A stretch of DNA of 64,000 bases from Elusimicrobiota bacterium (GTDB lineage: Bacteria; Elusimicrobiota; Elusimicrobia; UBA1565). A program made the translations under genes and the position numbers. Within the stretch, counting starts at the first letter, position 1; every line of letters begins with the position of its first letter. The stretch is from assembly GCA_043819795.1 (NCBI GenBank), contig JBDREN010000049.1:2379-66378 (forward strand). The letters run 5' to 3'. Shown piece after piece: positions 38,358-47,970 of this stretch. The notes below the pieces were generated by a model. That model searched no databases and was not told the DNA's origin. It was given only the letters and a program-made list of their open reading frames with translations.

Positions 38358-39686
38358 ATGACCGCAGCGATCAGCCGTTTTTTCGAGCTCGAGGAGCGGA
38401 ACACGAACGTCCGCACGGAGCTGGCCGCGGGGCTGACCACGTTCATGACCATGGCCTATATCATCTTCGTCCAGCCCCAGGTCTTGGGAGCGGCCGGGAT
38501 GGACAAGGGGGCGGTCCTGGTGGCCACGTGCCTCTCCAGCGCCTTGGCGTGCTTTCTGATGGGCATCCTGGCCAACTATCCCATCGCCCAGGCCCCGCTG
38601 ATGGGCGAGAACTTCTTCTTCGCCTACACGGTGATCCTGGGTATGGGGATACCCTGGGAGAAGGCCCTGGGGCTGGTATTCCTGTCGGGCGTGCTTTTCT
38701 TGGCCCTGACGCTGACCCAGGTGCGCGAGATGATCGTGAACTCCGTGCCGGAGGGGCTCAAGTACGGGATCGCGGTGGGGATAGGCTTCTTCGTCACGCT
38801 GATCGGCTTGAAAGAGGCCGGAGTGGTGGTGTTCACCGAGGCCGCCCCGAAGCTGGGGCCCGTCACGAGCCTTCCCGTGGCCCTCTCCTTGGCGGGCTTC
38901 ACGCTGATGGCCGTCTTGACGGCCCGGCGGGTGAAGGGCGCCGTGCTCATCGGGATCCTGGCCACTGGAGTCGCGGCCTGGGCCTGCGGCCTGGTCGTCT
39001 ACGAGGGGCTCGTCAGCGCGCCTCCCTCGCTGTCCCCGACGTTCCTGAAGTTCGATCTCGCGGGGCTGTGGCGCTGGGAGTACCTCTCCCTGATCATCGT
39101 ATTCCTCTACATGACCCTCTTCGATACCGTGGGCACCCTCCTCGGCGTGAGCATTCAGGCGGACCTCCTCAAGGACGGCAAGCTCCCCCGGGCCTCCCGG
39201 GCGCTCATGGCGGACGCCGTGGCCACCACCGTGGGCGCGTGTCTGGGGACCTCCACGGTCTCGAGCTACATCGAGAGCAGCACGGGGGTAAGGGTGGGAG
39301 GCAGGACGGGGCTCACCGCCGTGACGGTCGGAGGCTTGTTCCTGGCGGCGCTCTTCGCGTTCCCGCTGGTGCGCATGATCAGCGGGGGCGTTGAGATCGC
39401 GGGCGGCCACATGATCCATCCCATCACGGCCCCGGCGTTGATCCTCGTCGGAGCCTTCATGGTGGAGGGCCTGCGGCGCATCGACTGGAAGGACTTCACC
39501 GAGTCCATGCCCGCCTTCCTGACGATCGTATGCATCCCCTTCACGTTCAGCATCGCCGAGGGCATCGCGATCGGGTTCATCTCCTATCCGATCCTCAAGG
39601 CCGCCGCCGGCCGGCCGCGGGACGCCAGCCCCCTGGTCTGGGTCATGGCGACGTTGTTCGTGCTGCGCTACGTCTTTCTTGATTAG
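38358..39686 (+). CDS. NCS2-family nucleobase permease (AzgA/PbuG-like guanine/hypoxanthine permease type)
   Basis: ~13 TM helices with an NCS2/AzgA-like conserved core. Start set at ATG 38358, 7 nt after GGAGG; the track lists a GTG start at 38352. Confidence 0.75.
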   Translation: MTAAISRFFELEERNTNVRTELAAGLTTFMTMAYIIFVQPQVLGAAGMDKGAVLVATCLSSALACFLMGILANYPIAQAPLMGENFFFAYTVILGMGIPWEKALGLVFLSGVLFLALTLTQVREMIVNSVPEGLKYGIAVGIGFFVTLIGLKEAGVVVFTEAAPKLGPVTSLPVALSLAGFTLMAVLTARRVKGAVLIGILATGVAAWACGLVVYEGLVSAPPSLSPTFLKFDLAGLWRWEYLSLIIVFLYMTLFDTVGTLLGVSIQADLLKDGKLPRASRALMADAVATTVGACLGTSTVSSYIESSTGVRVGGRTGLTAVTVGGLFLAALFAFPLVRMISGGVEIAGGHMIHPITAPALILVGAFMVEGLRRIDWKDFTESMPAFLTIVCIPFTFSIAEGIAIGFISYPILKAAAGRPRDASPLVWVMATLFVLRYVFLD

Positions 39687-40126
39687 GCGGGGCGGATGTA
39701 CTTCGCGGGGACTTCGCCGGTGAGCCAGGTCCCGCTCGCGTTGAAGAATCGGTAGCGGTCCTTGAACATCCCCCCGGAGTCCACCCTCAGCACCGCCGGT
39801 GTGCCGCGCCTGCGTCCGACACTGCGGGCGGTCTTCGTATCCGGTGAGAGATGCACGTACTGCCTGCGCATGGGCTTGATGCCGTGCGCCAGGATCGAGG
39901 CCACGCTGGACTGCGCGGTTCCATGGAAGAGCGTCGAAGGAGGGCGCGCGGGCTCGTATTGGAGGTCCACCGGCGCCGAGTGGCCGTAGTTGGCCCTGAT
40001 ATGCCTGCCGTCCATCGACAGGGAGAGCCTAGGCTTATCCCCGTCGACGACCACTCCCTCGACGTCCCGCCCGGTGAGAGGGAAATCGTGGCGCTTACAG
40101 GCATCGAGCAAGGCCTTGAGTTCCAC
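39683..40126 (-). CDS. kptA: RNA 2'-phosphotransferase Tpt1/KptA family
   Basis: LFHGTAQSSVASILAHGIKPMRRQYVHLS matches the KptA catalytic HGT / HxH core. The only canonical start in frame is GTG 40126, but conserved N-terminal KptA sequence continues upstream to a CTG at 40223-40225 (see findings). Confidence 0.7.
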   Translation of the reverse strand: MELKALLDACKRHDFPLTGRDVEGVVVDGDKPRLSLSMDGRHIRANYGHSAPVDLQYEPARPPSTLFHGTAQSSVASILAHGIKPMRRQYVHLSPDTKTARSVGRRRGTPAVLRVDSGGMFKDRYRFFNASGTWLTGEVPAKYIRPA

Positions 40127-40461
40127 CCAGCCGCCCGGAGCCAGACGGAGCCCCAGGCGCTCCGGGTGATGCCTCAGGTGCCTGCTCAGGTACTTGCTTA
40201 TCTTGACGAGGCGTGAGCTGCGCAGAGACTACCTCTTCTTGTGTCCGCAGTCCGACCGGCCGGCCTCGCCGTCGCATTCGTTGTCCGAGCCGTCGCAGGC
40301 TTCGGCGGACGGCGCCACGGGAAATTGTACATTGTCCGGAGCGCGGGGCTCAAGGCCGCCGGGAGGGGCCGCCGGGAGGGGCGCTCAAGGTGGCGGGTGG
40401 TTTGCGGGCCCGGCATTTTCTGGTATAGTTTCAAGTATACACCCCGTTTCTGGAGGCGGAT

Positions 40462-41577
40462 ATGGCTGACATCAGGCTGATAAGACTCGCGAAGATACTT
40501 GTCGAATATTCGCTTGGGATCAAGAAGGGCGATTATCTGGCGATCCAGGGCGCGGTCGTGGCGCAGCCCCTCATGAAAGAGGTGACGCGCCTTGCCGCGC
40601 GCAAGGGCGCCATGGTCGACGTCTACACCAATCTGCCCGAGATCAAGAGGGTCTTCCTGGAGAACGCCGGTCCCGACCAGCTGAAGCGGACGCCGCTTCT
40701 GATGAAGACGTTCCTCGGGGACTACGACAAGAACCTGACGCTCTTCGGCGAGACGAACACCCGGGAGCTCAACAGCCTCCCGCCCCAGAAGCTGAAGGCG
40801 TCCATGCAGGGGGTCAAGAAGATCCGCGAGAAGTTCTTCAAGCGGATGGGGGAGAACAAGGTCAGCTGGTGCGGCAGCATATTCCCCACCAACCCGCTCG
40901 CCCAGGAGGCGGGGATGGCGCTCGAGGAGTACGAGGATTTCGTCTATGGCGCGTGCTTCTGCGATAAGCCGGATCCCGTGGCCCTCTGGAAGAAGATGTC
41001 CCGGAAGCAGGAGAAGGTGGCGGCTTTCCTCAACAGGGCCAAAGAGATCCATATCATGGCCCCGGGCACCGATCTCAGGGCGAGCGTCAAAGGGCGCAGG
41101 TGGGTGAACTGCGACGGCAAAGTAAACCTGCCCGACGGAGAGGTCTTCACCGGCCCGGTCGAGACGAGCATCAACGGGCATATCCGGTTCTCTTTCCCGG
41201 GGATCTATATGTCCAAAGAGGTCGACGACATCTACCTGGAGTTCAAGGACGGCAAGGTGGTCAAGGCCCGGGCCGCGAAGGGAGAGGGACTGCTGCACCA
41301 GCTTCTGAAGACCGACGCGGGCGCGCCGTTCGTGGGCGAGCTGGCCGTCGGGACGAACCACGGGATCCAGACCTTCACGCGCAACATGCTCTTCGACGAA
41401 AAGATCGGGGGCACGGTCCACCTCGCCATCGGCGCCGGGTTCCCCGAGACCGGCTCGAAGAACAGGTCCTCGCTCCACTGGGACATGCTCTGCGACATGC
41501 GCAAGGGCGGGAGGCTCTCCGTCGACGGCAAGCTCGCCTACAAGAACGGCAAGTTCGTCGACAATCGTTTGAACTGA
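40462..41577 (+). CDS. Aminopeptidase, M29 (AmpS/PepS, thermophilic metalloprotease) family
   Basis: 371 aa, M29-like core (ELAVGTNHGIQTF..., GTVHLAIGAGFPETG). Confidence 0.75.
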   Translation: MADIRLIRLAKILVEYSLGIKKGDYLAIQGAVVAQPLMKEVTRLAARKGAMVDVYTNLPEIKRVFLENAGPDQLKRTPLLMKTFLGDYDKNLTLFGETNTRELNSLPPQKLKASMQGVKKIREKFFKRMGENKVSWCGSIFPTNPLAQEAGMALEEYEDFVYGACFCDKPDPVALWKKMSRKQEKVAAFLNRAKEIHIMAPGTDLRASVKGRRWVNCDGKVNLPDGEVFTGPVETSINGHIRFSFPGIYMSKEVDDIYLEFKDGKVVKARAAKGEGLLHQLLKTDAGAPFVGELAVGTNHGIQTFTRNMLFDEKIGGTVHLAIGAGFPETGSKNRSSLHWDMLCDMRKGGRLSVDGKLAYKNGKFVDNRLN

Positions 41578-41705
41578 GGCGCGGAGGAATACCGCCGTCC
41601 GCCGTCCGTTCGTCGGCGGGGCGCTCTGCTCGGCATCTCCACCTTCCGGAAATCCCGGCGGCGTTCTCGCGACTTTAATGCCAAAATAGAACGTCATCCG
41701 CACGG

Positions 41706-44700
41706 TTGGCGGCGGCGCTTGATGACAAGCGGGGACGTAACTTCTTACACTACATCAAGGACATGAGAGCGGGAAGAGCGGGCAGCGAAAAGGCCAGGCT
41801 CGCGGCCGCGGCCGAGTCGGGGCTGCTCGATACGCCGCCGGAGGAGCGTTTCGACCGCATCACGCGGATCGCCCGGCGGCATTTCGGGACCTCGGTGGCC
41901 TACATCTCCCTGGTGGACGCCGACCGCGAGTGGTTCAAGTCCCGGCAGGGACTGCGCCTGCGGTCCGTCCCGCGGGAAGTCTCGTTCGGCGCGCGGGTCG
42001 TCCGGAAGAGCGGGGTATTCTCTCTCGTGGACGCCCGCAAGGACCCGAAGTTCTCCGAGCATCCCCTGGTGGCCGGAGGGCCGCGCGTCCGGTTCGTGGC
42101 GGCATGCCCGCTTTCCACATCGGACGGAAGCCGGGTCGGCGCTCTGGCGATCGCGGACCGGAAGCCCAGACGGCTGGGGAAAGGGGATCTCGGCGCGCTG
42201 CGCGACCTGGCCCGGATCGCCGAGGCGGAGCTGCGCGCTTCCGGGGCTCATGATCCGGCCGCCGGGACGCTCCGGCGGGTCCGGGACCTGCAGGACTTCG
42301 TGGACAACGTGCCCGAGCTCATCCAAAGCGTCGCTCCCGACGGGAGTTTCCGGTACGTGAACCGGGCCTGGCGCCGGGCCCTGGGCTACGACGAGGATGA
42401 TGTCGCGCGGCTCAACCTCTTCGACATCATCGCCCCGGAGAGTTTCGCGCATTGCCAGGACGTCTTTAAAAGGGTGATGTCCGGGGAGTACGTCCAAGAC
42501 ATGGAGGCGGTGTTCCTCGCCAAGGGCGGGGGCAAGGTATTCCTTTCCGGGAGCGCGAACTGCCACATGGAAAGCGGCAAGCCCACGCACACCCGGGCCA
42601 TTTTCAGAGACGTCACGGAGCAGAAGCGCGCGGAGGCCGAGTTGCGGAAGCGGACGTATGAGCTCGGCGAACGGGTCAAGGAGCTGAACTGCCTCTACGG
42701 GATCTCGGCTCTGTCCGAGAGGGCGGATATCTCGTTGGAGGAGTTCCTCCAGGAGACCGCGGAGCTCATCCTCCGTTCGTGGCAGTATCCGGAGGTCACC
42801 TGCGCGCGCATCACTTTGGAGGGCCGGGAGTTCAGGACGAGGAACTTCCGCGAGAGTCCCTGGAAACAAACCGCGGACCTCCAGGCGCGCGGCGCGCGGT
42901 TCGGCTCCGTCGAGGTGTATTACCTCGAGAAACGGCCGCGGCGCTACGAAGGCCCCTTTCTCAAGGAGGAGCGGAGGCTGCTCAACGCTATCGCGGAGCG
43001 GTTGGGGAAGATCGCGCAGCGCCGGCGAGTGGAGGACGCTCTCAGGAAGGGCGAGGCCGGTTACAGGACGCTCGTGGACAACCTGCCGCAGAAGGTTTTC
43101 CTGAAGGACGAAAATTCCGTCTACCTGTCCTGCAATGAGAGGTACGCGCGCGACCTGAAGATCCGTCCCGAGGAGATCCTGGGAAGGACGGACTACGAGT
43201 TCTTCCCCCGGGAGCTCGCCGAGAAATACAGGACCGACGACAAGAGGATCATGGAGTCGGGCAGGATCGAGGATCTGGAGGAGGAGTACATAGAGGACGG
43301 CCGGCGGGCGATCATCCAGACCGTAAAGACGCCGATCAAGGACGACTCGGGCGTCGTCGTCGGGGTGCTGGGCATCTTCTGGGACATCACGGAGCGCAAG
43401 CGGGCGGAGCAGAAGCTGCGCCAGCTGTCGCTCGCCGTCGAGCACAGCCCGAACATCGTGATGATCACCGATCCCGAGGGCAAGATCGAATACGTCAATC
43501 CGGCGTTCTCCTCGGTGGCCGGATACGCGCCCGAGGACGTGCTCGGGCGGGGCGCGGGGGAGCTGGGCGAGCAGTCCGCCGAGGAGCAGGGGCGGATGTG
43601 GGCCGCCATCAGGTCCGGCACGGTATGGCGGGGAGAGTTCCCGAACAAGACCAAGTCCGGCGGGTCCTACTGGGAGCTGGCCTCGATCGCTCCGATCAAG
43701 GACGAGGACGGGAATATCACTCATTTCGTCAAGGTCGCGCAGGACATCACCGAGCGCAAGCGCATGGAGGCCGAGCTGGCCAAGGCCCGGGACCAGGCCC
43801 TGGCGGCGGCCAAGGCCAAGGCCCAGTTCCTGGCCAAGATGAGCCACGAGCTTCGCACGCCCCTCAACGCCATCATCGGCATGAGCGACCTGCTCTTGGA
43901 TACCCCGCTCAAGCACCAGCAGCGGGAATACGCGTCCACGGTCCACGATTCCGGCGAGGTGCTGCTGTCCTTGATCAACGACGTCCTGGACTTCTCCAAG
44001 CTCGAGGTCGGGAAGCTCCAGCTGGAAAGCGTCGAGTTCGACCTTCGCTTGCTCTTAGAGGAGGCGGCCCAGCTCTGCTCGTTCCAGGCCCACGCGAAGG
44101 GGCTGGAGGTGCTGCTCGCCATGCCCGACGACGTGCCGAGCGCCCTGCGCGGGGATTCGGGCCGGCTGCGCCAGATCCTGATGAATTTCCTGGGCAACGC
44201 CGTGAAGTTCACGGAGAAGGGCCAGGTGGTCCTGCTCGCGTCCAAGGAAGAGGAGGACGAGCGGCGCGCGATGCTGCGGCTGGCGGTGGCGGATACGGGC
44301 CTCGGGATCGAGCCCGAGACGCAGGCCCGCCTGTTCGAGGCCTTCACCCAGGCGGACGCCTCGACCACCAGGAGGTTCGGCGGGACGGGTCTCGGGCTGG
44401 CCATCTCGCGGCAGATCATCGAGCGGATGGGAGGAGAGTTCGGGGTCGAGAGTTCTCCGGGCATCGGCTCGACCTTCTGGTGCCGGGTTCCTTTCGAGAA
44501 GGCGCCGGGCGAGGGCTCCGCCGAGGCCGCGCGCAAGCCGGATTTCTCGGGCGCGCGGGTGCTCGTGGTCGACGACAACGCGGCCAACCGCGAGATCATG
44601 CGCGAGCGGCTCTCGGGCTGGGGGATGCGGCCGGATGTGGCCGCGGGAGCCCCCGAGGCGCTGGACAGGCTGCGGCGGGAGGCGGCGGGACCGGACCCGC

Positions 44701-45680
44701 ACCGTCTCCTGCTCACGGACATGCGGATGCCGGAGACGGACGGCGCGGACCTGGCGCGGGAGGTGCGCCGGGACCCGGCCTTGGCGGACGTTCCGATCGT
44801 GGTGATGACCTCGCTGGGGCAGTCGCTTCCCGCGGACCAGGCGCGCGAGGCCGGGATCGTGGGCTGGCTCTACAAGCCGGTCCGGTCGGCGGAGCTTCTC
44901 GCCTGTCTCGCCTTGGTCCTGGGCAAGGGCGGGCGGGAGCCCGCGGGGCCGGCGCCCGCACCTCCTCGATGGCGCGCGCGACGCAGACAGCGTCTTCGCG
45001 TGCTTCTCGTCGAGGATAACCCCGTGAACCGGAAAGTAGCCCTGATCCAGCTCGACAGGCTGGGGTACCAGGCCGACGCGGCGGCCAACGGCCTGGAGGC
45101 GCTCCGCGCGTTCGAGAAGGGCTCCTATGACCTGGTGCTCATGGACTGCGAGATGCCGGAGATGGACGGCTATCAGGCGACCGCGGAGATCCGCCGCCGC
45201 GAGGGGGCCCAGGATCGCGTCCCCATCATCGCCATGACGGCGCACGCGCTGAAAGGGGACCGCGAGAAGTGTCTGGCGGCCGGGATGGACGACTACGTCT
45301 CCAAGCCGGTCCGGTTCAAGGACCTGTCGGCGGCGCTGGCGCGCTGGGAGGATCCGCTGGACCGTTCCGTCGTGGACGATCTGCGCGAGGTCGCCGGCGA
45401 TGTGAGCGAGGTGGCCGGCGTCTTCCTGGAGGACGCCCCGAAGCGGATCGCGGCGATGCGCGGAGCCGTCTCGGCGGGCGATTCCCATAAGCTCGCTTTC
45501 GAGAGCCACCAGCTCAAGGGCGCGAGCGGCAGCATTGGCGCGAGGCGTCTGCGCCGGCTCTGCGCCCGGATCGAGGCGATCGCCAAGTCGGGCGCCGTCT
45601 CCGAGGTCGAGGGGCTCCTCAGCGGGCTGGAGGACGAGTTCCAGGAGGTTCAGGCGGGGCTCGAGAGGAATACTAGATAG
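41706..45680 (+). CDS. Hybrid sensor histidine kinase: GAF, multiple PAS/PAC, HisKA, HATPase_c, two receiver domains and a C-terminal Hpt domain
   Basis: GAF (FGTSVAYISLVDADREWF), several PAS/PAC repeats, H-box MSHELRTPLNAI, G-box GTGLGLAI, receivers (VLVVDDNAANR; VLLVEDNPVNR...DLVLMDCEMPEMDG) and Hpt (HQLKGASGSIGARRL). The start is uncertain (a TTG at 41706 per the track, or ATG 41763). Confidence 0.8.
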   Translation: MAAALDDKRGRNFLHYIKDMRAGRAGSEKARLAAAAESGLLDTPPEERFDRITRIARRHFGTSVAYISLVDADREWFKSRQGLRLRSVPREVSFGARVVRKSGVFSLVDARKDPKFSEHPLVAGGPRVRFVAACPLSTSDGSRVGALAIADRKPRRLGKGDLGALRDLARIAEAELRASGAHDPAAGTLRRVRDLQDFVDNVPELIQSVAPDGSFRYVNRAWRRALGYDEDDVARLNLFDIIAPESFAHCQDVFKRVMSGEYVQDMEAVFLAKGGGKVFLSGSANCHMESGKPTHTRAIFRDVTEQKRAEAELRKRTYELGERVKELNCLYGISALSERADISLEEFLQETAELILRSWQYPEVTCARITLEGREFRTRNFRESPWKQTADLQARGARFGSVEVYYLEKRPRRYEGPFLKEERRLLNAIAERLGKIAQRRRVEDALRKGEAGYRTLVDNLPQKVFLKDENSVYLSCNERYARDLKIRPEEILGRTDYEFFPRELAEKYRTDDKRIMESGRIEDLEEEYIEDGRRAIIQTVKTPIKDDSGVVVGVLGIFWDITERKRAEQKLRQLSLAVEHSPNIVMITDPEGKIEYVNPAFSSVAGYAPEDVLGRGAGELGEQSAEEQGRMWAAIRSGTVWRGEFPNKTKSGGSYWELASIAPIKDEDGNITHFVKVAQDITERKRMEAELAKARDQALAAAKAKAQFLAKMSHELRTPLNAIIGMSDLLLDTPLKHQQREYASTVHDSGEVLLSLINDVLDFSKLEVGKLQLESVEFDLRLLLEEAAQLCSFQAHAKGLEVLLAMPDDVPSALRGDSGRLRQILMNFLGNAVKFTEKGQVVLLASKEEEDERRAMLRLAVADTGLGIEPETQARLFEAFTQADASTTRRFGGTGLGLAISRQIIERMGGEFGVESSPGIGSTFWCRVPFEKAPGEGSAEAARKPDFSGARVLVVDDNAANREIMRERLSGWGMRPDVAAGAPEALDRLRREAAGPDPHRLLLTDMRMPETDGADLAREVRRDPALADVPIVVMTSLGQSLPADQAREAGIVGWLYKPVRSAELLACLALVLGKGGREPAGPAPAPPRWRARRRQRLRVLLVEDNPVNRKVALIQLDRLGYQADAAANGLEALRAFEKGSYDLVLMDCEMPEMDGYQATAEIRRREGAQDRVPIIAMTAHALKGDREKCLAAGMDDYVSKPVRFKDLSAALARWEDPLDRSVVDDLREVAGDVSEVAGVFLEDAPKRIAAMRGAVSAGDSHKLAFESHQLKGASGSIGARRLRRLCARIEAIAKSGAVSEVEGLLSGLEDEFQEVQAGLERNTR

Positions 45681-45712
45681 TATAAGGCGCAGTTTCCGGA
45701 GGAGGCCGCCAT

Positions 45713-47005
45713 ATGACATCCGAAACCCGTGGGTACGCGATCGTCTTGAGCGCGCTCCTGCTTCTGGCCGGGGGAGCCGGGGCCGGTCATGCGGCGCCGG
45801 ACAAGCTGGGGAAGGTCAACGTCCTGGGCGTCTGGAAAGGCGAGGAGCTGCGCAGCTTCCGGGCCGTGGTGAAGCCGTGGGAAAAGGAGACGGGCGGCAA
45901 GATGCGTTTCGAGGGCAGCCGGGACCTGTCGGCCGTCTTGACGGCTCGGGCGGCGAAGGGCGACGCGCCCGACGTCGCCATCCTGCCCAATCCCGGCCTC
46001 ATGGTCCAGCTGGCGAAGACGAAGAAGCTCGTCCCCCTCGACGGGATGCTGGATATGACGCATTTCGAGGCGGAGTACGCGCGGACCTGGATCGAGCTGG
46101 GATCGGTGGAGGGCAGCCTCTACGGCGTCTTCTACAAGGCCGCCAACAAGAGCACGCTTTGGTACAGCCCCCAGCAGTTCTCCGACCACCAGTGGCCGAT
46201 CCCGCGGACCTGGAAGAGCCTCCTGGCGGTGTCGGAAAGGATCCACGAGGAGGGCAAGACCCCCTGGGCCCTGGGCCTGGAAAGCGGGGATGCGAGCGGC
46301 TGGCCGGCCACCGACTGGATCGGCGAGATCCTGCTCAAGGAGTACGGCCCGGAGAAATACGACGCGTGGGTCGCGCATGAGATCCCCTGGACCGACGAAG
46401 CCGTGCGCTCGGCGTGGGAGAATTTCGGGCGGATCGCGCACGGCGAGGGATACGTGGCGGGAGGCGCTTCCGGGATATTGACCACCGGCTTCCGGGAAGC
46501 GGCGTACCGGGTCTTCCGGAAGCCACCGAAGGCGTATCTCTACTTCCTCGGGAGCTTTACCAAGAAATTCATCACCGAGCGGTTCTCCGGCCTGATGCCG
46601 GCGAAGGACTATTCCTTCATCCCGTTCCCGGCCTTGAACCCCGCATACAGCGGGGCCGTGACCGGCGGGGCGGACGTGGTCGTCGTGTTCAAGGACAACG
46701 CGACCACGCGCTCGTTCATCAACTATCTCGCCTCGGCCGAGGCTCAGGAGATCTGGGTCGAGCGCGGGGGCTTCACGGCCGTCAACCGGAAGGTCAGGCT
46801 CCACAGCTATCCCGACTGGGTCTCCGCGCGGATCGCCTTGCAGCTGTCGAACGCCAAGGTCTTCCGCTTCGACGCCGACGACCAGATGCCGGCCGAGGTC
46901 CAGAAGGCCTTCTGGAAGGGAGCGCTCGACTACGTCCGTGATCAGGCGAGCCTGGACCGCGTCCTCGAAGACATCGAAGCCGTCGCCCGGAAGGCCTACC
47001 GGTAG
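45713..47005 (+). CDS. Extracellular solute-binding protein (ABC transporter SBP family 1-like), secreted
   Basis: Signal peptide and ~430 aa periplasmic-binding-protein fold. No cognate permease or ATPase genes in the window. Confidence 0.65.
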   Translation: MTSETRGYAIVLSALLLLAGGAGAGHAAPDKLGKVNVLGVWKGEELRSFRAVVKPWEKETGGKMRFEGSRDLSAVLTARAAKGDAPDVAILPNPGLMVQLAKTKKLVPLDGMLDMTHFEAEYARTWIELGSVEGSLYGVFYKAANKSTLWYSPQQFSDHQWPIPRTWKSLLAVSERIHEEGKTPWALGLESGDASGWPATDWIGEILLKEYGPEKYDAWVAHEIPWTDEAVRSAWENFGRIAHGEGYVAGGASGILTTGFREAAYRVFRKPPKAYLYFLGSFTKKFITERFSGLMPAKDYSFIPFPALNPAYSGAVTGGADVVVVFKDNATTRSFINYLASAEAQEIWVERGGFTAVNRKVRLHSYPDWVSARIALQLSNAKVFRFDADDQMPAEVQKAFWKGALDYVRDQASLDRVLEDIEAVARKAYR

Positions 47006-47177
47006 CGTTGAAGCGGCCCGCTCGTAATGGGAAGGCCGTTCCCAAGCGAATCCGCGAGAGAGTGAGCGTCCTGGCCGGGTCGCCGCGTCTGTGTCTCCCC
47101 GGAAGGAACGAATGAATGCGTAGGCCGCGGGGCGAGCTTGCGGCGCTGGAAAGAATCCGCCGGTGTTGAACGCCGGT

Positions 47178-47220
47178 CCGCACGGCTGGGGATAGATCGG
47201 GAAAGTCCCCAGCCGTGCGG
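47178..47220. other. Perfect 15-bp GC-rich hairpin (ccgcacggctgggga / tccccagccgtgcgg, 13-nt loop) followed by TGCTTTG
   Basis: Read directly. Could be an intrinsic terminator with a weak U-tract, or part of a structured RNA. Confidence 0.5.
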
Positions 47221-47470
47221 TGCTTTGAGGCCTGCCCGAGTATCCTAGCCCGAATTCCCCGTCTGGATCGCTGGATTCGACGCAAGATGCCGGGACTTTT
47301 CTGTGCGAAATGTCTCGACCGCACGGTTTCCTGACAGGGAGTGGAAGCGGCATTTCCTCGTGGTGACGCTTGGTCATGCCGCAGCGGGTACGCTCTCCAA
47401 ATTCCGCGTTGAACTGGCCTCGGCCTCTTGCATCTCGGTCCCACGCGCCCAACTGGGGAATCCGGGCCAG

Positions 47471-47773
47471 GTGTAGTGAACCATAAATCCCTTGACATTC
47501 GGGCGATCGATTTCGGCCTCCGGCTAGGCGCGGGGAGCGCGCATGCCCGCAGGTATGTAAGCGACGAGCAACGACGCCGGAAGCCAAAAGCGCCCGCCCC
47601 CTCCTCCTTGACGCGGACAGCGGCGAAATTCTATGGAAAGGGGAGGCCCGATCCCGGCCGATTCCCACGTTGCTCCTCGGTTGCATAGCTTAAGCCATGC
47701 GCCCTCATCGCGCCTCGAAATCGACTCGGGCTCGGGCCTCCAAATGACAAGGGATTTATGATTCACTACACTA
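47471..47773. mobile_element. Candidate MITE-like element: ~303 bp bounded by ~32-bp imperfect terminal inverted repeats (29/32 core identity, extended similarity with one 12-nt indel)
   Basis: Left arm gtgtagtgaaccataaatcccttgacattcgg. Right arm ccaaatgacaagggatttatgattcactacac is its near-exact reverse complement. The interior is non-coding. Two mirror-image 86-aa ORFs on opposite strands are artefacts of this symmetry. Confidence 0.45.
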
Positions 47774-47941
47774 GCGATGGCCACTTACTGATTCGGATGG
47801 GGCAAATCCTTTCTATAGCGCAGTATTGTTAAATATGAAACATGTGGCGCTGCTAAACGTTGCAAAAGAGAAACTAGAAGCAGTTTGGAGGCATTCTGAA
47901 CTGGTCAAAAAGAACGAAAAAAACGCAACTATTGGTGGCTA

Positions 47942-47970
47942 TTGCAAAATGGAACGATATCTGCTATAAT
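47942..47970 (+). promoter_or_regulatory. Sigma-70-type promoter (TTGCAA, 17 bp spacer, TATAAT) for the downstream sigma-54 activator gene
   Basis: TTGCAA at 47942-47947, exactly 17 nt of spacer, TATAAT at 47965-47970, ~40 nt upstream of ATG 48011. Embedded in an unusually AT-rich stretch. Confidence 0.55.

Noticed and set aside
47428-47784. Two 86-aa ORFs on opposite strands (47428-47688 plus, 47524-47784 minus)
   Set aside because: They are mirror images generated by the inverted-repeat element (both contain VVNHKSL from the repeat arms). They have no RBS and low-complexity products.
47835-47969. 44-aa Lys-rich ORF (MKHVALLNVAKEKLEAVWRHSELVKKNEKNATIGGYCKMERYLL) inside the AT-rich island
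   Set aside because: No Shine-Dalgarno sequence, it overlaps the predicted promoter of the downstream gene, and its composition simply reflects AT-rich DNA. Kept only as a low-probability small-protein candidate.
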